A stretch of 64,000 nt of DNA, from assembly GCF_009914755.1 (NCBI RefSeq), contig NC_060939.1. One strand, written 5' to 3'. Positions 13,620-25,960 of this stretch are shown here, one piece after another. Both the position numbers and the translations under genes were made by a program. The stretch's first letter is position 1. Every line of letters begins with the position of its first letter. Below the pieces are notes generated by a model. It was given only the letters and a program-made list of their open reading frames with translations. It was not told the origin of the DNA and made no database searches. The DNA comes from the human T2T-CHM13v2.0 reference genome, Homo sapiens.

Positions 13620-13790
13620 TTGGATTTTGAGTCAGTAGAACTGTGTTCCATCTTAAACTCTGCCTCTTATTTACTTGGCTCAGTCACTTAATTTTTTTGA
13701 ACCTCAGTTTCCACATCTATAAAAGGGCAATAATCCCTGATTTATCCCAGGGGGCTGAGTGGAGGCAATGAGGCCATGTTTGTGCAAGCT
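13620..13790 (+). mobile_element. MIR remnant
   Basis: 'gtcacttaa...gaacctcagtttccacatctataaaaggg' core. Confidence 0.7.
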
Positions 13791-13881
13791 CTTCAGCGCG
13801 TGGTGGATGTGACAATTTTATTCTTTCACTTGAAAATTTTATTCATATTTGAGGTCCTGGGAGTAGAGCTTCATTCTCTTT

Positions 13882-14033
13882 CTTTACTTTCCTAGAGATG
13901 GGGTCTCATTTTGTCACCCAGGCTGGAGTGCAGTGGCGTGTTCACTGCAGTCTCGACCTCCTGGGCTCAAGAGATCCTCCTGCCTAAGCTTCCCAAGTAG
14001 CTGAGACTACAGGCTCACACCACCACTTCTGGC
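13882..14033 (-). mobile_element. Free right Alu monomer (FRAM-like)
   Basis: Single right-arm sequence flanked by TSD TCATTCTCTTT (13871-81 / 14034-44). Confidence 0.85.
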
Positions 14034-14180
14034 TCATTCTCTTTTATAGTCTTAATTTCTTCTGGTTCTACCAGGTTTTTGTTTACTGTTTACGTACACC
14101 AACTGAGTTCTCCAGTTTGATCAGATCACAGACTTGTCAAGAGGGAGCCTGTATTAATAGCAAAGTGGTTAACTGCATGA

Positions 14181-14597
<417 letters not shown>

Positions 14598-14799
14598 TGA
14601 CTTCTGTAGTGAGTGAGGCCACTAAGGAAGGTCACTGTGATGATTATGAGTCCAAAGGAGTGAGATCTTAGCCCACATGGTTATTAGCCCTGCCTCTTTG
14701 CCCCTGCCTCGGTTTTCTTCCTTGGTTCCTCCATTCTCCATTTCTCACTGTTGTCTCTCTCTTCCTGTCACCCCACGGTGGTGCAAGCTGGTGCTCCCT

Positions 14800-15430
14800 G
14801 CACATCCAGTAAAACGTCAGGGGAAAAGTTCAGCCGTTGCAGCCTCCCGAGGGGCTGCTCTCCTTGGGCTGCTGCTGGCTGTGTGGCTCCTCCTTCCTCC
14901 CCTGGATTCTTTCCTGGCATCCTCCCGTGTTTTCACTGTCTTTCTGATTAGAGAGTATGTCAGTGGGGCAGGATAATTTACTGATATATTAATTTGTGTT
15001 TTTATCTCAGCGTTTGCCCTCTGCTCTACAAAGGAAGTCAGGCCTCTCTGTGCCCCTGCCTCGAGGGAGGTTTGTTTTAAAAGTCCAAAGCCAAGACACC
15101 TGGCTTTTGTTTCCCCAAAGCTCAAGCTGTGGGAGGAGATAATGCCAGCAGGGAGGAAGAGGGGAGAAGCTCGAGGCCTTTGAGAGGAGGGAGAGAGAGA
15201 GGCAGGGAGACAGAGAGAGATTTTGATAGATGGAAAGGGGGCGAAGGCCAGAGAAGCAGGCCACTTACAGACAAGCCACAATCCATGGCAGCCCCTGCAG
15301 AAGCGGCTGCCTCTCAGAGAGGATGAGCGTGGACCACTGGCCCCTAATCCCAGGCTGACAGATGCAGCAAATGCGCCACCCAAAGTTCCCAGCACCCAAC
15401 ACGCTTGTGGGCAGCACAGCCACAAGAGGG
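14800..15430. promoter_or_regulatory. GC-richer unique segment, possible alternative promoter or enhancer
   Basis: Locally higher GC and CpG, GA-rich tract at 15150-15220, no recognisable repeat. Not a full CpG island. Confidence 0.3.
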
Positions 15431-17999
15431 AAGCTCAGGTAGGTGGGGACAGTGGCAAGCAGAAGAGAGAAGAGACAGGGACAGCTAGAACCGTAAATCA
15501 GAACATCTAATGTTTGCTGCCCACTCAGAACGTGCTAAGCACCATTCTAGGATCTTGGCAAATATTAGAATGGTCACTCCTGAAGACAACCCTCCATCCC
15601 CACATTCACAGCAGAGGAAACAGAGGAACACAGAAGTAAATTTTCCAAGATCACACAACTGGGACATGGTAAAACCAGATACATAGAAATATTGAGAGAC
15701 CACCAATTTATTGCAAAATGCTAAGAACGAAATACTGCATAGGCCAAAAAATAATACAGAAACTGAAAACACAAACCCCTCTGAGTGCCACTGGAAGAAA
15801 ACTGCAGCAAGGCCTGGACTCTTTCTAGGCTTCACTAGCTCTGTAAGTGCTATTCCATTGTATTTTGATCATGGAAGTATTATCTTTCTTCAGATAAATC
15901 AGAGGTGTGTATGTTCAGAGCATAAGGAATAGCCTGGGATTTCCCAGTTCCCCTTTCAGTTATCTGGCTTCCTAATTTACCCTGTGAACACTACCTGACC
16001 TTGCTACATCTTATTTACCTTTCTCATCTGTAAAATGGGTGTAGGGAATCACCTAGGCTAGCATTTATGATCACTGAGTACCTGTTCCATAATTAGGAGC
16101 TGTTATTATCATTGGCATCCCCATGTCCAGTCCTGCTTAGTCTTAGAGCCTACCCAGCACCTAGGCTGCCTTTACTATCTCTGCAGGTCAGACACAGTGC
16201 TGGGTGCTGAGTCCTGTCTCTCAATGCCTCCCCCGTCTAGTTGGAGGAGAGAACCATGAGCAGATCTTTAGTGTAATATGATAAGTGCTACAGACAGAAT
16301 AATCCCAGTATCCCACAGGGGCCCAGGATGAGGCCCCTAGCCATACTGCAGGCTGGGAATGAGGGCAGATTTCCTGCAGAAGTTAACGGCCTGAGTCTTC
16401 ACAAACAACGGTAACCTCCGCTGCCTCACAGTGGGGAGTGGGCCAGAGCCTCCCCACTCCCTCTTCCAGCCCTCAAAAATGGCTCTTGAGCCTGAACACA
16501 CTCCTAACACCGCCCCAGCAGCTAATTTGAGAGTTCTGAGCTACGCCTAACTTGCATCATTCTGGGCCACAGACCAAGCCAGCAGCGAAGAAGCCAAGAG
16601 CGTTCAGGGCTGCCGACGCATTCCATAAACCCAAATTTCCAGTGTTGCCTTGAGTAAGATGTATACAGGAAATTTTCCATGTGTCAATTAAGCTCATTGA
16701 GCATGTGACATAAAAAGGAAATGTAATGTGGGATTCTGATTGGCAAAGTTCAAAAGCCTGTGATTTTGATACCCAGATATAGATCTGCAAGCTATTAAGA
16801 GTACTTGACTTGCAACATCCAGAGGTTGTGAAGAAACGCCTGGCACATCAGAGGAAAAAAATGCAGCGCTGAATAGCAGTCTTGGGAAAATACTTACTTC
16901 CCAGAGTAAAATGTACACATTAAATGAGTTCAAGAAGCAACTCAACTGTTCTACTTCTCTATCATTTCAAAATCCCCTAACAGATGTTCAGTTTTCAAAG
17001 AAAATAATGTTGCATTTTGACCGTTTTCCCCTCTAGATGCCCTAGACGGATGTGAGGTTGTCATACTAACCTTGACTTTGAATTGCTTTTCAGTTCATGT
17101 CATTGTAAACTTAGCATAAAACCCCGTGCTTCCCTGGAAAGTATGTATCTTGTTGCTAGCACAATGATTGAGTCCACTTGTCTATTCCAGGACACGAGAG
17201 GATCTAACTAAGTCAGAACACCCCACGTCTAGCCCATATATCTATTTATTACCGAATTCACCGGGAAAGACAAGCTGAGTTATCACTTAGCTGAAAAAAC
17301 CTGAGAGGCATTTATGTGCATGAAGTACAGCATAGACAGAACCATCAAGGCAGGCTTGAAGGAAACACATTACACACTCAGCCTACACAAATCGCCTCAC
17401 CGATGCCACTGGAGCCGAATGAATGGTGCAGGCGACAAGAGCGGCCCTAGGATGCTTATCTTCTCCCCAGCCCCCATCCCAACCCTCAACGATTACGAAT
17501 ACAATCGTTTGTGACAGATTGCTCCCCAGTCTTCCGCCTTAAATTCTATATGATAAATTCAACATGAAGTGACAGTCACAGCAAGTGTTCAGAGCTCTAT
17601 CTAAAAAAACTAATTTTACTGAAGTTAGGACTCAATGAACAAGAAAATGTGAAGGTACACCTAAGGCGGATCTCAAAACTTTAATCTCTATGAATTCCAT
17701 CATGGTTATTTACAGCTGGGATGATATTAATATTTTAAAATATTTCGCTAAAGAAGCACTATGAGACTTTAAAGTTGTATTGTTATGCAAAGGTGGATAA
17801 TATCTCAATGGGTCCTCCCCAGTGCTGGTATGTTAATGGGGCAAGAGAAAGAGAACAGCTGCTTTTGTTACCCAAGCAGCAGACATAACAACACTGTCCT
17901 GTGGTTAATTTCTAGGAAAACGCTCTTCTTCCTTTTTTATTATTTGGGGGTGAAAAAATGTCTTGGGCTACTATTGTCTGTTTAAATTAGGCAAATGCA

Positions 18000-18310
18000 A
18001 TTAAGAAGAGTCAAATGTACACAGGCTCCAATGATGGGTAAAATTAAGGTCACCAGTTGCAGCCCTAATCCAGCTGCATTGCTTAATCTCAGCTTTAGCC
18101 ATTACCATTGTGTGGAATGGAAATGTCTTCCTCGTGTTGGGGTTAATGTGGACTGACTGGGTAGCTGGAGATCAATCCTGCAGGCCTGCTTGAATGTGCA
18201 AGTGCTTAACACTGACATTTTGAAAAAGTAAAATTGGGTTTCATTCCCCAGGATTAGGTCAGAGTCCTTTACTTGTCCCTGCCCCTGCCCCCGACCCCGC
18301 CTCCCCAAAC
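18000..18310. promoter_or_regulatory. Candidate enhancer with K50-homeodomain, nuclear-receptor and E-box sites
   Basis: CTAATCC 18065-71, TTAATCT 18083-89, GGATTA 18251-56, AATTAAGGTCA ~18042-52, TAGGTCA 18255-61, CAGCTG 18071-76. Confidence 0.35.
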
Positions 18311-18435
18311 TAAGCAGAGAGCAGAAGAACATTTTTTCTTGCCAATTGTTTTTTTTTTTTTTTCCCCCTCAGGGATCCTTCGCATTTGCCATTTGTGTAC
18401 ATCTCTTGCTCATTCCAAACAGGAAAGTTCTGTTG

Positions 18436-18480
18436 CCTCAGAAAAAATAGCTTGTCTGAGCCCTCAGAAAAAATAGCTTG
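18436..18480. repeat. 19-bp direct repeat with inverted-copy linker
   Basis: CCTCAGAAAAAATAGCTTG at 18436-54 and 18462-80. Linker is TCTGAGC. Confidence 0.93.
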
Positions 18481-21139
18481 AAAAGGAACTTGTCTTCCTT
18501 TTCATATTCATAAAGGTTATATTTGTGTGGCTTGATATTATTTTACCTTGTTAAGGAGTTGTTTCAGGTACTCAGTAGATATAGAGAAAACATTTAGCAT
18601 ATAAAAACAAAAAGTTGACATTTACAGCCAGGAGCTAGGTACGCAATTGCAAAGGTCATCAATGAGTAAACAGATATTAATGGTTAGCCGGATAACTGGT
18701 ACATAAACAGGTCACATTAATAATTAACACCAGGAAAAGCTAGCACTTCCAACCAAGCTCAGGAAAGTGGGTGCCAGAGGAACCCCCCGAAAAATATAAG
18801 AAAACCCCAGTGGTGATTTCTGATTGTTAGAGAGTGAGAAAATTACTTCTTCATTTTTACATTTCTCATATTCTCACCAAAAAACAGTTCTGAGACAGTC
18901 ATGATAGGAAGTAAGTGCAAGGATGGAGGGAATTTTCTGGACGATCATTGATCTGGTAAATTGTACTTAGTCTAACATTTGTGGTTCCCTTGTTTTCCTT
19001 CCATGGCAATGGGTAAAATCACTCAGGAAATTTATTTTATCACTAACCTGCAAAGCCTCTGTAAAAGTATTTGCTTCCTCATTGAGTTATTAAGTCCATG
19101 CCTTGTTTTAAAACTTCTGCGCTAAGAGGGTTACATTTTGTACCTGCTGATTGGCATTCACCCAGTTTTTTAATGGGAAAAGGTCAAGTCCAAGCTGTAG
19201 ACAGGAAGGCAAAGGTGTTGGGGATGTGGCAGGGAATCCTGGTGAGTGAAGTGGGTGCCCCAGGCACCCTGAGGAACCTGGGAGTGAATGTGCCTTAGCC
19301 CCACAGCGAGCCCCTAAGAGCCACAGCATCATATCTTTTGATTTTTTAAAGAAGCCATATTTTGTGTGAAATCTCTAGATTTATAACTCATGGGCCAAAC
19401 AATACGTTATCTACTGCAGGCCACACCAGGCCAGTTTAAATCTCCTGTTTAAATTAAAAACAAATAAATAAACAAACAAAAAAGAACGCCCGAAAATTTG
19501 CCAATGAGGAGGAAAGTCTGAGTGTATCTCTACAATTTATTCAACGGTTTCTCTTCTCCTTTAAATACACAGTTCACTATAGGATTGTCCTAAAGAGAAA
19601 ACTAATAAAATAAGACAATAGACTTCATAGAGAACTGGAATATCCGCAAGGACCTGAAACGGATCCTCGGAACTCCGTAGATAAAAGTCAGATGAGATAC
19701 TGTTATACATGTAGCCTAATGGTTTACAGATGAATGAGTAGCACTGCTTTCAAATATAATGTGAAGAAACCAATTTTTAAATAAATGTGTAGCTTGACTA
19801 TCAAGCCCACAGGAGATACTGTGACTTACCCAACCTGAAAATCAAATTATTTAAGGCTGGTCATACTAATAGCAGCCTCTAACCAACCGCTAAGGTGGAC
19901 TATCAACCCAGACTAGCCACAGGCAGCAAACGAGATGGGTTCAAGAGGAAATGGAAAGAAATAAGATACAAGGCTTGTTTACTAGTTAAATGTGGGTAGA
20001 CTTCAACAGATGTGAACTACAAAGTGTATATGGGAACTTGTTTCTTGCTGAAGGACGAGTGTTGGCCAAATGTCCTCATAACCTGGTGCCTCTCCACTTC
20101 TCCACAGCCACATCCCCACCACACGGTACCTTGTCACCACTGACAACAGCCCCAGAGAGCCATGCTTTCTCCTGTCTCCCAGACTCTCTTCACCTCGAGT
20201 ATCTCCATGTCACCCTTACTTTCGCTTGTCCCTTTTGAATCCTATAAAATTCAGCTAAGTTCAATTGTCCCCTCCCCTCTTCCAGAAGGCCTCATCTAAG
20301 CCACCTCAGGGGGCCTTTCCCTTGTGTTCCCTCAAATACCTCTGTCAACCTCTGGGCCAGCAGCTACTTCTCACTATAATCATGGGTGCAAGTGCCTATC
20401 ACCTCACAGGACTGCAAATTCCTTGCTGAACGCAGAGGCTACCGCTTTCATCTTCAAACCCCCACCACCTAGCCCTGTGCTTGGAAAACAGTGTATTAAT
20501 GCTGGACGAATGCATAAATGAATGAAATGAATGGGGCTCCAAGCGATAATGCTTAGAAAACAGACTCTGATAAGTGAAATATGAATGTGTAAATCTACTA
20601 CAGCTTTTTTTACTTGGTCTAAATCTTTGCACATGTTCGCTGCAATTACATTTGTGACAGCAAGTTTTATTTTGAATGGATCTTATTAATAAGAGTAATA
20701 AAATATCAAACAATTCAGATCTTCAGCTTTTTAATCTACAAAGGGGAGATTGATAACACCTGCCTTGCTAGGCCGAGGGGGTGGTTGAGAAGACTACCTG
20801 AAATGATGTATGTGATCATATACGAGAGTGAGCCCCAACTGCAATCTGCACTGAGTGGGCGGCCCTCCTGACAGCTGCCATCTCTACTCATTTCTGACTG
20901 TCTGGCTCTATTGAAACCCTCTGCCTACTGTCTATGACCCAATCTTTGTATGAGCAAGCCTCTGCCTCTAGTCTTAGGATCCCCAGACCTAGCACAACAT
21001 TGGCACATAGCAAGTGCTCACTAAGTGTTTGTAATATAAGGAGGTCCATGACAAACATCGTGGTCATTTCATTCATTCCAGTTGTACAAGGCACCATTAA
21101 ACAGGACAAAACGTGAAGGCAAAAAGGGGGAAACGGAAA

Positions 21140-21350
21140 TGATTGAGAGGCTACCATTTATCAGGCACCCTATATATCTGATTTTATTTCCTAGGTTATT
21201 TCATGTCACCTGTGAAATAGCTAACATTGTCCTTATTTTGCATGGAAGGACTCTAAGCATTAATAAGTTAGTATTACGCCAAAGAATGACAGGTCAGTAA
21301 CAGGCAGAGCCAGGGTTTGAACCCAATACACCATACTGTGTCCCCGTGAT
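21140..21350 (-). mobile_element. MIR remnant
   Basis: 'ctaccatttat...cttattttgcatgg...ggcagagccagggtttgaaccca'. Confidence 0.65.
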
Positions 21351-21411
21351 AAAACCTTTACGCTCCAGGCACTAACAGTCTCCAGCACATCTGATGTCAC
21401 AGAGTCAATAA

Positions 21412-21875
<464 letters not shown>

Positions 21876-23484
21876 TTAAGTCATATTTCTATACCACTTT
21901 CATTACATTTACATGTGACTGTTCATGTTAAGAGTAATAAAATGTCAAACAATTCAGATCTTCAGCTTTTTAATCTATAAAGGGATTTTAAAATAATTAT
22001 ACTTTGTTTCATCAAATGGACCTTTACAAAAATAGCATATAGTTTCAGTTCACAAAGAATTATATCTTACATAACTGAACAAAGTTTTCTCTCCTCACAA
22101 GATACCAGTGACCTCTTTCTTAGACAGCAGGCCAAGACTACTGACTGAAACCCTGGCAGAGACAGTATAACTCAACAGAGAAAGGCGTCATAAACAATAA
22201 CTAAAGGAATAATTAAATACTAGGAAAGGGCAAAATCATTTGCTCTTTAAAAATCAAATGAAAAATAAAATAATAAAATAAAATAAAATAAATCCTCTGT
22301 GAACATTGCTTCAGTCATTTTTAAAAGCTTTCCCAAATTCCAAATGGCTCTGTTATTAGCGATTCTTAATGCATGAGGTAGTCATATAGGAATAAATCTT
22401 TCAGTAATTCAAAACAAGGACTCTTCAGTAAATAGTTGAAATTAAGGGGGGAGTTCGAGTCATCTGGTTTCCATTAGGATGATAAAATAGTTCACTCGAA
22501 ACCTTTTACAATATGCTTTGTTACCGGGAGGTGTCTGTGCATCTCACTCCATCACTAGCCATTTGACACAACATAAAAAGCTTCAAAAGCCATGTTAGGC
22601 CTCTTAATCAAAAACTAATTGTAATAGATATTGGGGAGTGTTAACACGGTGACCGCTAGCTTGTAGCGGTGGTATGGAAGCTGCAGTGAACATTAAACAC
22701 AACCCCGGGTTGATAGGGCTTATCTCCATTTCAGAGCTGAGTGCTAAGTACTACAGGCCAGTATCTCCTTGCTATGGCTTTGTACCACTTTTGGAGTTAA
22801 TTGCCCCAGAAGGCTTCATCTTCTTAATGAAATTTATAACATTGTCAGAGAACTTGGAAGATACTGCTGCGGTTTAGCAGACTTTACAGAAAACAGAGAC
22901 ATAAACAGAAGGGAAAAGAAAATACATACTTGGAGCCTAATGCCTCTGCAGCCTGGGCAGAGGTGGTGCAGAACTCCCCAGGCACAGAGGCATTTGCAGC
23001 ACATTAACTCTTTCAAGCCTGTAATGGAACAGTCATTGAGTGCACTCTAAGGGAAAGGTAATAATTGGTATCGTAGGGCCAGTGGTAGACATTCAATAAA
23101 TACTTAATGATCAGCTTTCCATGGCTAGAATTACCGGCAAGCAAGAACCGGCATCTTTTTTGTGTGATTCCCCTGCCGAACATGGTGCCTAAGATATGAC
23201 TGGTGCTGAGGAAATAGTTTCTGAAAAATTGATGAATGAATAAATGATCTTACTGGAGTGAAATACTTGATAATTTTCAGAGTGCTTTCATGTTTGATTC
23301 CCACAACCATCCACTTGACAGGTCTAGGGTTTTATTCATAACTAATCCTGGTCTCAAACAGGCAGTTCATAGTTCCCCTTCCAGTCTCCTTTGCTTCAGA
23401 TGGACTAGAGCGAATGTTCTGTACTACCATGTTTTTAAATGACTAAGGAGGATTTTAAAACTTAAAGACTACCAGCAATTTTAG

Positions 23485-23503
23485 ATCGGTGACTGGATCC
23501 TGG

Positions 23504-23539
<36 letters not shown>

Positions 23540-23740
23540 ATTAGAAGAAAAACTGGTGAAATCTGATAAAGTCTGGAGTTTAGTTAATAGTATTATGCTT
23601 AATTGTAGTTAATTTCTCAGAATCACGCTTGTGGGTAAGAAGTTAACTTAAGGGCAAGCTGGGTGAAAAGTGTATAGGACTTCTCTGTACTATTTTGAAT
23701 ATCTCTGTAACTCTAAAATTGTTTAAAAATAAAAACAATT
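23485..23740 (+). mobile_element. Old L1 (L1MC/MD/ME-type) 3' end containing (AC)n at 23505-23535
   Basis: 'aaaactggtgaaatctg...gtttagttaatag...gctgggtgaa...tctctgtactatttt...ctaaaatt'. Confidence 0.7.
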
Positions 23741-23781
23741 TGATAATAACTAATTTACCTTTAAAATGATATGTATTAACA

Positions 23782-23975
23782 TATTGTATTGTATTGTATT
23801 GTACTGTACTGTATTGTATTGCACTGTATTGTATTGTACTGTACTGTACTGTACTGTACTGTACTATACTGTATTGTATTGTACCGTACCGTACCGTACC
23901 GTACCGTACCGTATTGTATTGTATTGTATTGTATTGTATTGTATTGTATTGTATTGTATTGTATTGTATTGTATT
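23782..23975. repeat. Compound pentanucleotide array TATTG/TACTG/TACCG, 38 units
   Basis: Mixed TATTG/TACTG units, then (TACCG)6 at 23882-23911, then (TATTG)12. Confidence 0.97.
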
Positions 23976-24123
23976 CACATTATGGTGCCAAATTGGCACA
24001 GGGAAAATTATAAGTAAATATTCCTGGAGAAAAGCAAAGTATAATTTTTCAACTAACTCCTTAGGAAAACCATTTGCAGGTGTGTAAAGGCAACATAATT
24101 TCTTATTCCAATTTATAAGTATT

Positions 24124-24428
24124 ATTTTTTGAGACAGGGTCCAGTTCTGTCACCCAGGCTGAGTGCACTGGTATGAGCATGGCTCACTGCTGCCTTGACC
24201 CTCCACCCCACCCCACCCCCCCAGGCTCAAGCAATCCTCCCATCTCAGCCTCTGGAGCAACTGGGACCACAGGTGTGTGCCACCTTGCCCAGCTAATTTT
24301 TGGATTTTTGTAGAAATAGAGTCCTGTTATGTTACCCAGGCTGGTCTTGAATTCCTGTGCTCAAGCAATTCTCCCACCTCAGCCTCCCAAATTGCTAGGA
24401 TTATAGGTGTTAGCCACCATGCCTGGCC
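24124..24428 (-). mobile_element. AluJ with C-rich internal expansion
   Basis: Reverse Alu, TSD-like TCCAATTTATA (24107-17 / 24430-40), extra 'ccaccccaccccaccccccc' at ~24203-24222. Confidence 0.92.
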
Positions 24429-24570
24429 ATCCAATTTATATTTTCTTAACAGTGTTTTTGTATCCTGATAAGGTAGAGTTGTTTTGTAATTAATACATAT
24501 AAGTGAAATTTTTACCAGTTTTCCTTTTTAAAAAATTATTAACATTAAAAATAATTTAAAATTAATTTTT

Positions 24571-24682
24571 TTAAGTATTGACTGGGTTTCATCATGTTGG
24601 CCAGGATGGTCTCAGTCTCTTGACCTCATGATCTGCCCACCTCGGCCTCCCAAAGTGCTGGGATTACAGGTGTGAGCCACCG
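24571..24682 (-). mobile_element. AluS left-arm-only fragment with TSD
   Basis: Left monomer lacking its first ~9 nt and the whole right arm. Flanked by TAAAATTAATTTTT (24557-70 / 24683-96). Confidence 0.88.
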
Positions 24683-25399
24683 TAAAATTAATTTTTAAAT
24701 GAATAATTTGTTTTAGAAAGACAAAGAGCACACAGGGAATTAGAGAAGGCTAATCCTGATGATAGAACAAGCCATATGATTTTGAAGTTTTAGCCCTTCC
24801 CAATTCTTCAACCACCATCTCTGCAGATGATTCCCAAACTTAAATTTCTCACTTGGACATCTGTCCTGAGCTTCAATCCAATTATCTGCAGCACCAGTCA
24901 ACTTGAAGAGCTCAGCATAATCTCCAACCATTTTCCCCTTTGGTCACTCTGCTATATTCTGACCTTGGCTAATGTCTACTGCACTCACCTCTCTTCTGTT
25001 CCCCCCTGGCCACACCCTTCCACCTGCTGAAGCTCTCCACCTAACCATCCAAGGGGTGGCTCAGGTCACCTTACTCTTCTACATCTTCCTCCAGTCCTCT
25101 TTTGTTCCCCTCAACTTGAACTACACTTCCACAAAAGTCCATTTGAAACTCTGCTCTTGTGTTTCAAATTGTGTTTTCTATTTGCTATTTATGCAGACAG
25201 CTCCTACTTTAAACGTCCAGAAGATCGGGACTGGTCGTATGTGTCCTGATACCCTCAGAGTTTTTCATTTGGAACCATCTGAACATAGATTCATGGGAAG
25301 GAACAATAAATCTTAAAAAATATATATCATGACCCCAAAGATGTTATTCTATAAGTGAGAAGATTGGTTTGACTGCTTTAAAAGTGGCAAAAATAACAA

Positions 25400-25960
25400 T
25401 GGCCAATATCTGGTAGAGAATGTATTTCTCTTTGGCATTAGAGTGATTCTGTAGGCTCTGCTCATCAAGTGGCCCAGCATCCCAGCTCCCAACGGCATTG
25501 CTCTTAACAACCAGTTCAAAGATGGCAGCCAGGCACACTGGCTCATTCCTGTAATCCTATCATTTTGGGAGGCTGAGGTGGGAGGATTGCTTGAGCCTGG
25601 GAGGGGAATGTACACCATTGCATGCACAATATTTTTAGCATTAAAAATAATTTTAAATTATTTAATTTTGTAAAAGAATAATTTGTTTTAGAAAGAAAGA
25701 CAAACATGCCACTGCATGCCAGCCTGGGGAGTCAGAGTGAGACCCTGTCTCAAAAAAACAAAAACAAAAACAAAAAAACAATGGCTCAACCCCTCATCTG
25801 CACACTTCAGCCTGCCTAAAATGGGAAGGAGGACATAGACAGCCAGCAATTTTCTTTCAAGGGTACAACAGAGCAGTTTCACAAGACATTTCGTTCTTAC
25901 CCTATAGGCCAGAATTCAGTCAAATGGGTACACCTACCTGCAGCTGGGGAAAAAGTCCAT
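25400..25960. mobile_element. Old MaLR LTR (MLT1-like) split by the Alu
   Basis: 'caaagatggc' ... 'ggccagaattcagtcaaatgggtacacctacctgca' resembles MLT1 motifs. Boundaries uncertain. Confidence 0.45.
25527..25780 (+). mobile_element. Monomer-length old Alu (FAM/FRAM/AluJ-type) interrupted by ~100 bp of non-Alu sequence
   Basis: Alu 5' part to 'gagcctgggagg', foreign AT-rich insert ~25606-25704, then resumes 'catgccactgca...gagaccctgtctc' with an (AAAAAC)n tail. Confidence 0.85.

Noticed and set aside
14817-15425. 202-aa minus-strand ORF
   Set aside because: GC-rich and low complexity, with a GTG start and no recognisable homology.
19824-19850. Minus-strand ttttcag|GTTGG|gtaagt 5-nt microexon-like pattern (also ttag|GAAG|gtaagg near 57415)
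   Set aside because: Frame-shifting lengths and weak or absent pyrimidine tracts. It shows such patterns arise by chance.
23643-24087. ORFs with YCIVL/NTIQY repeats
   Set aside because: Artefact of the pentanucleotide array.
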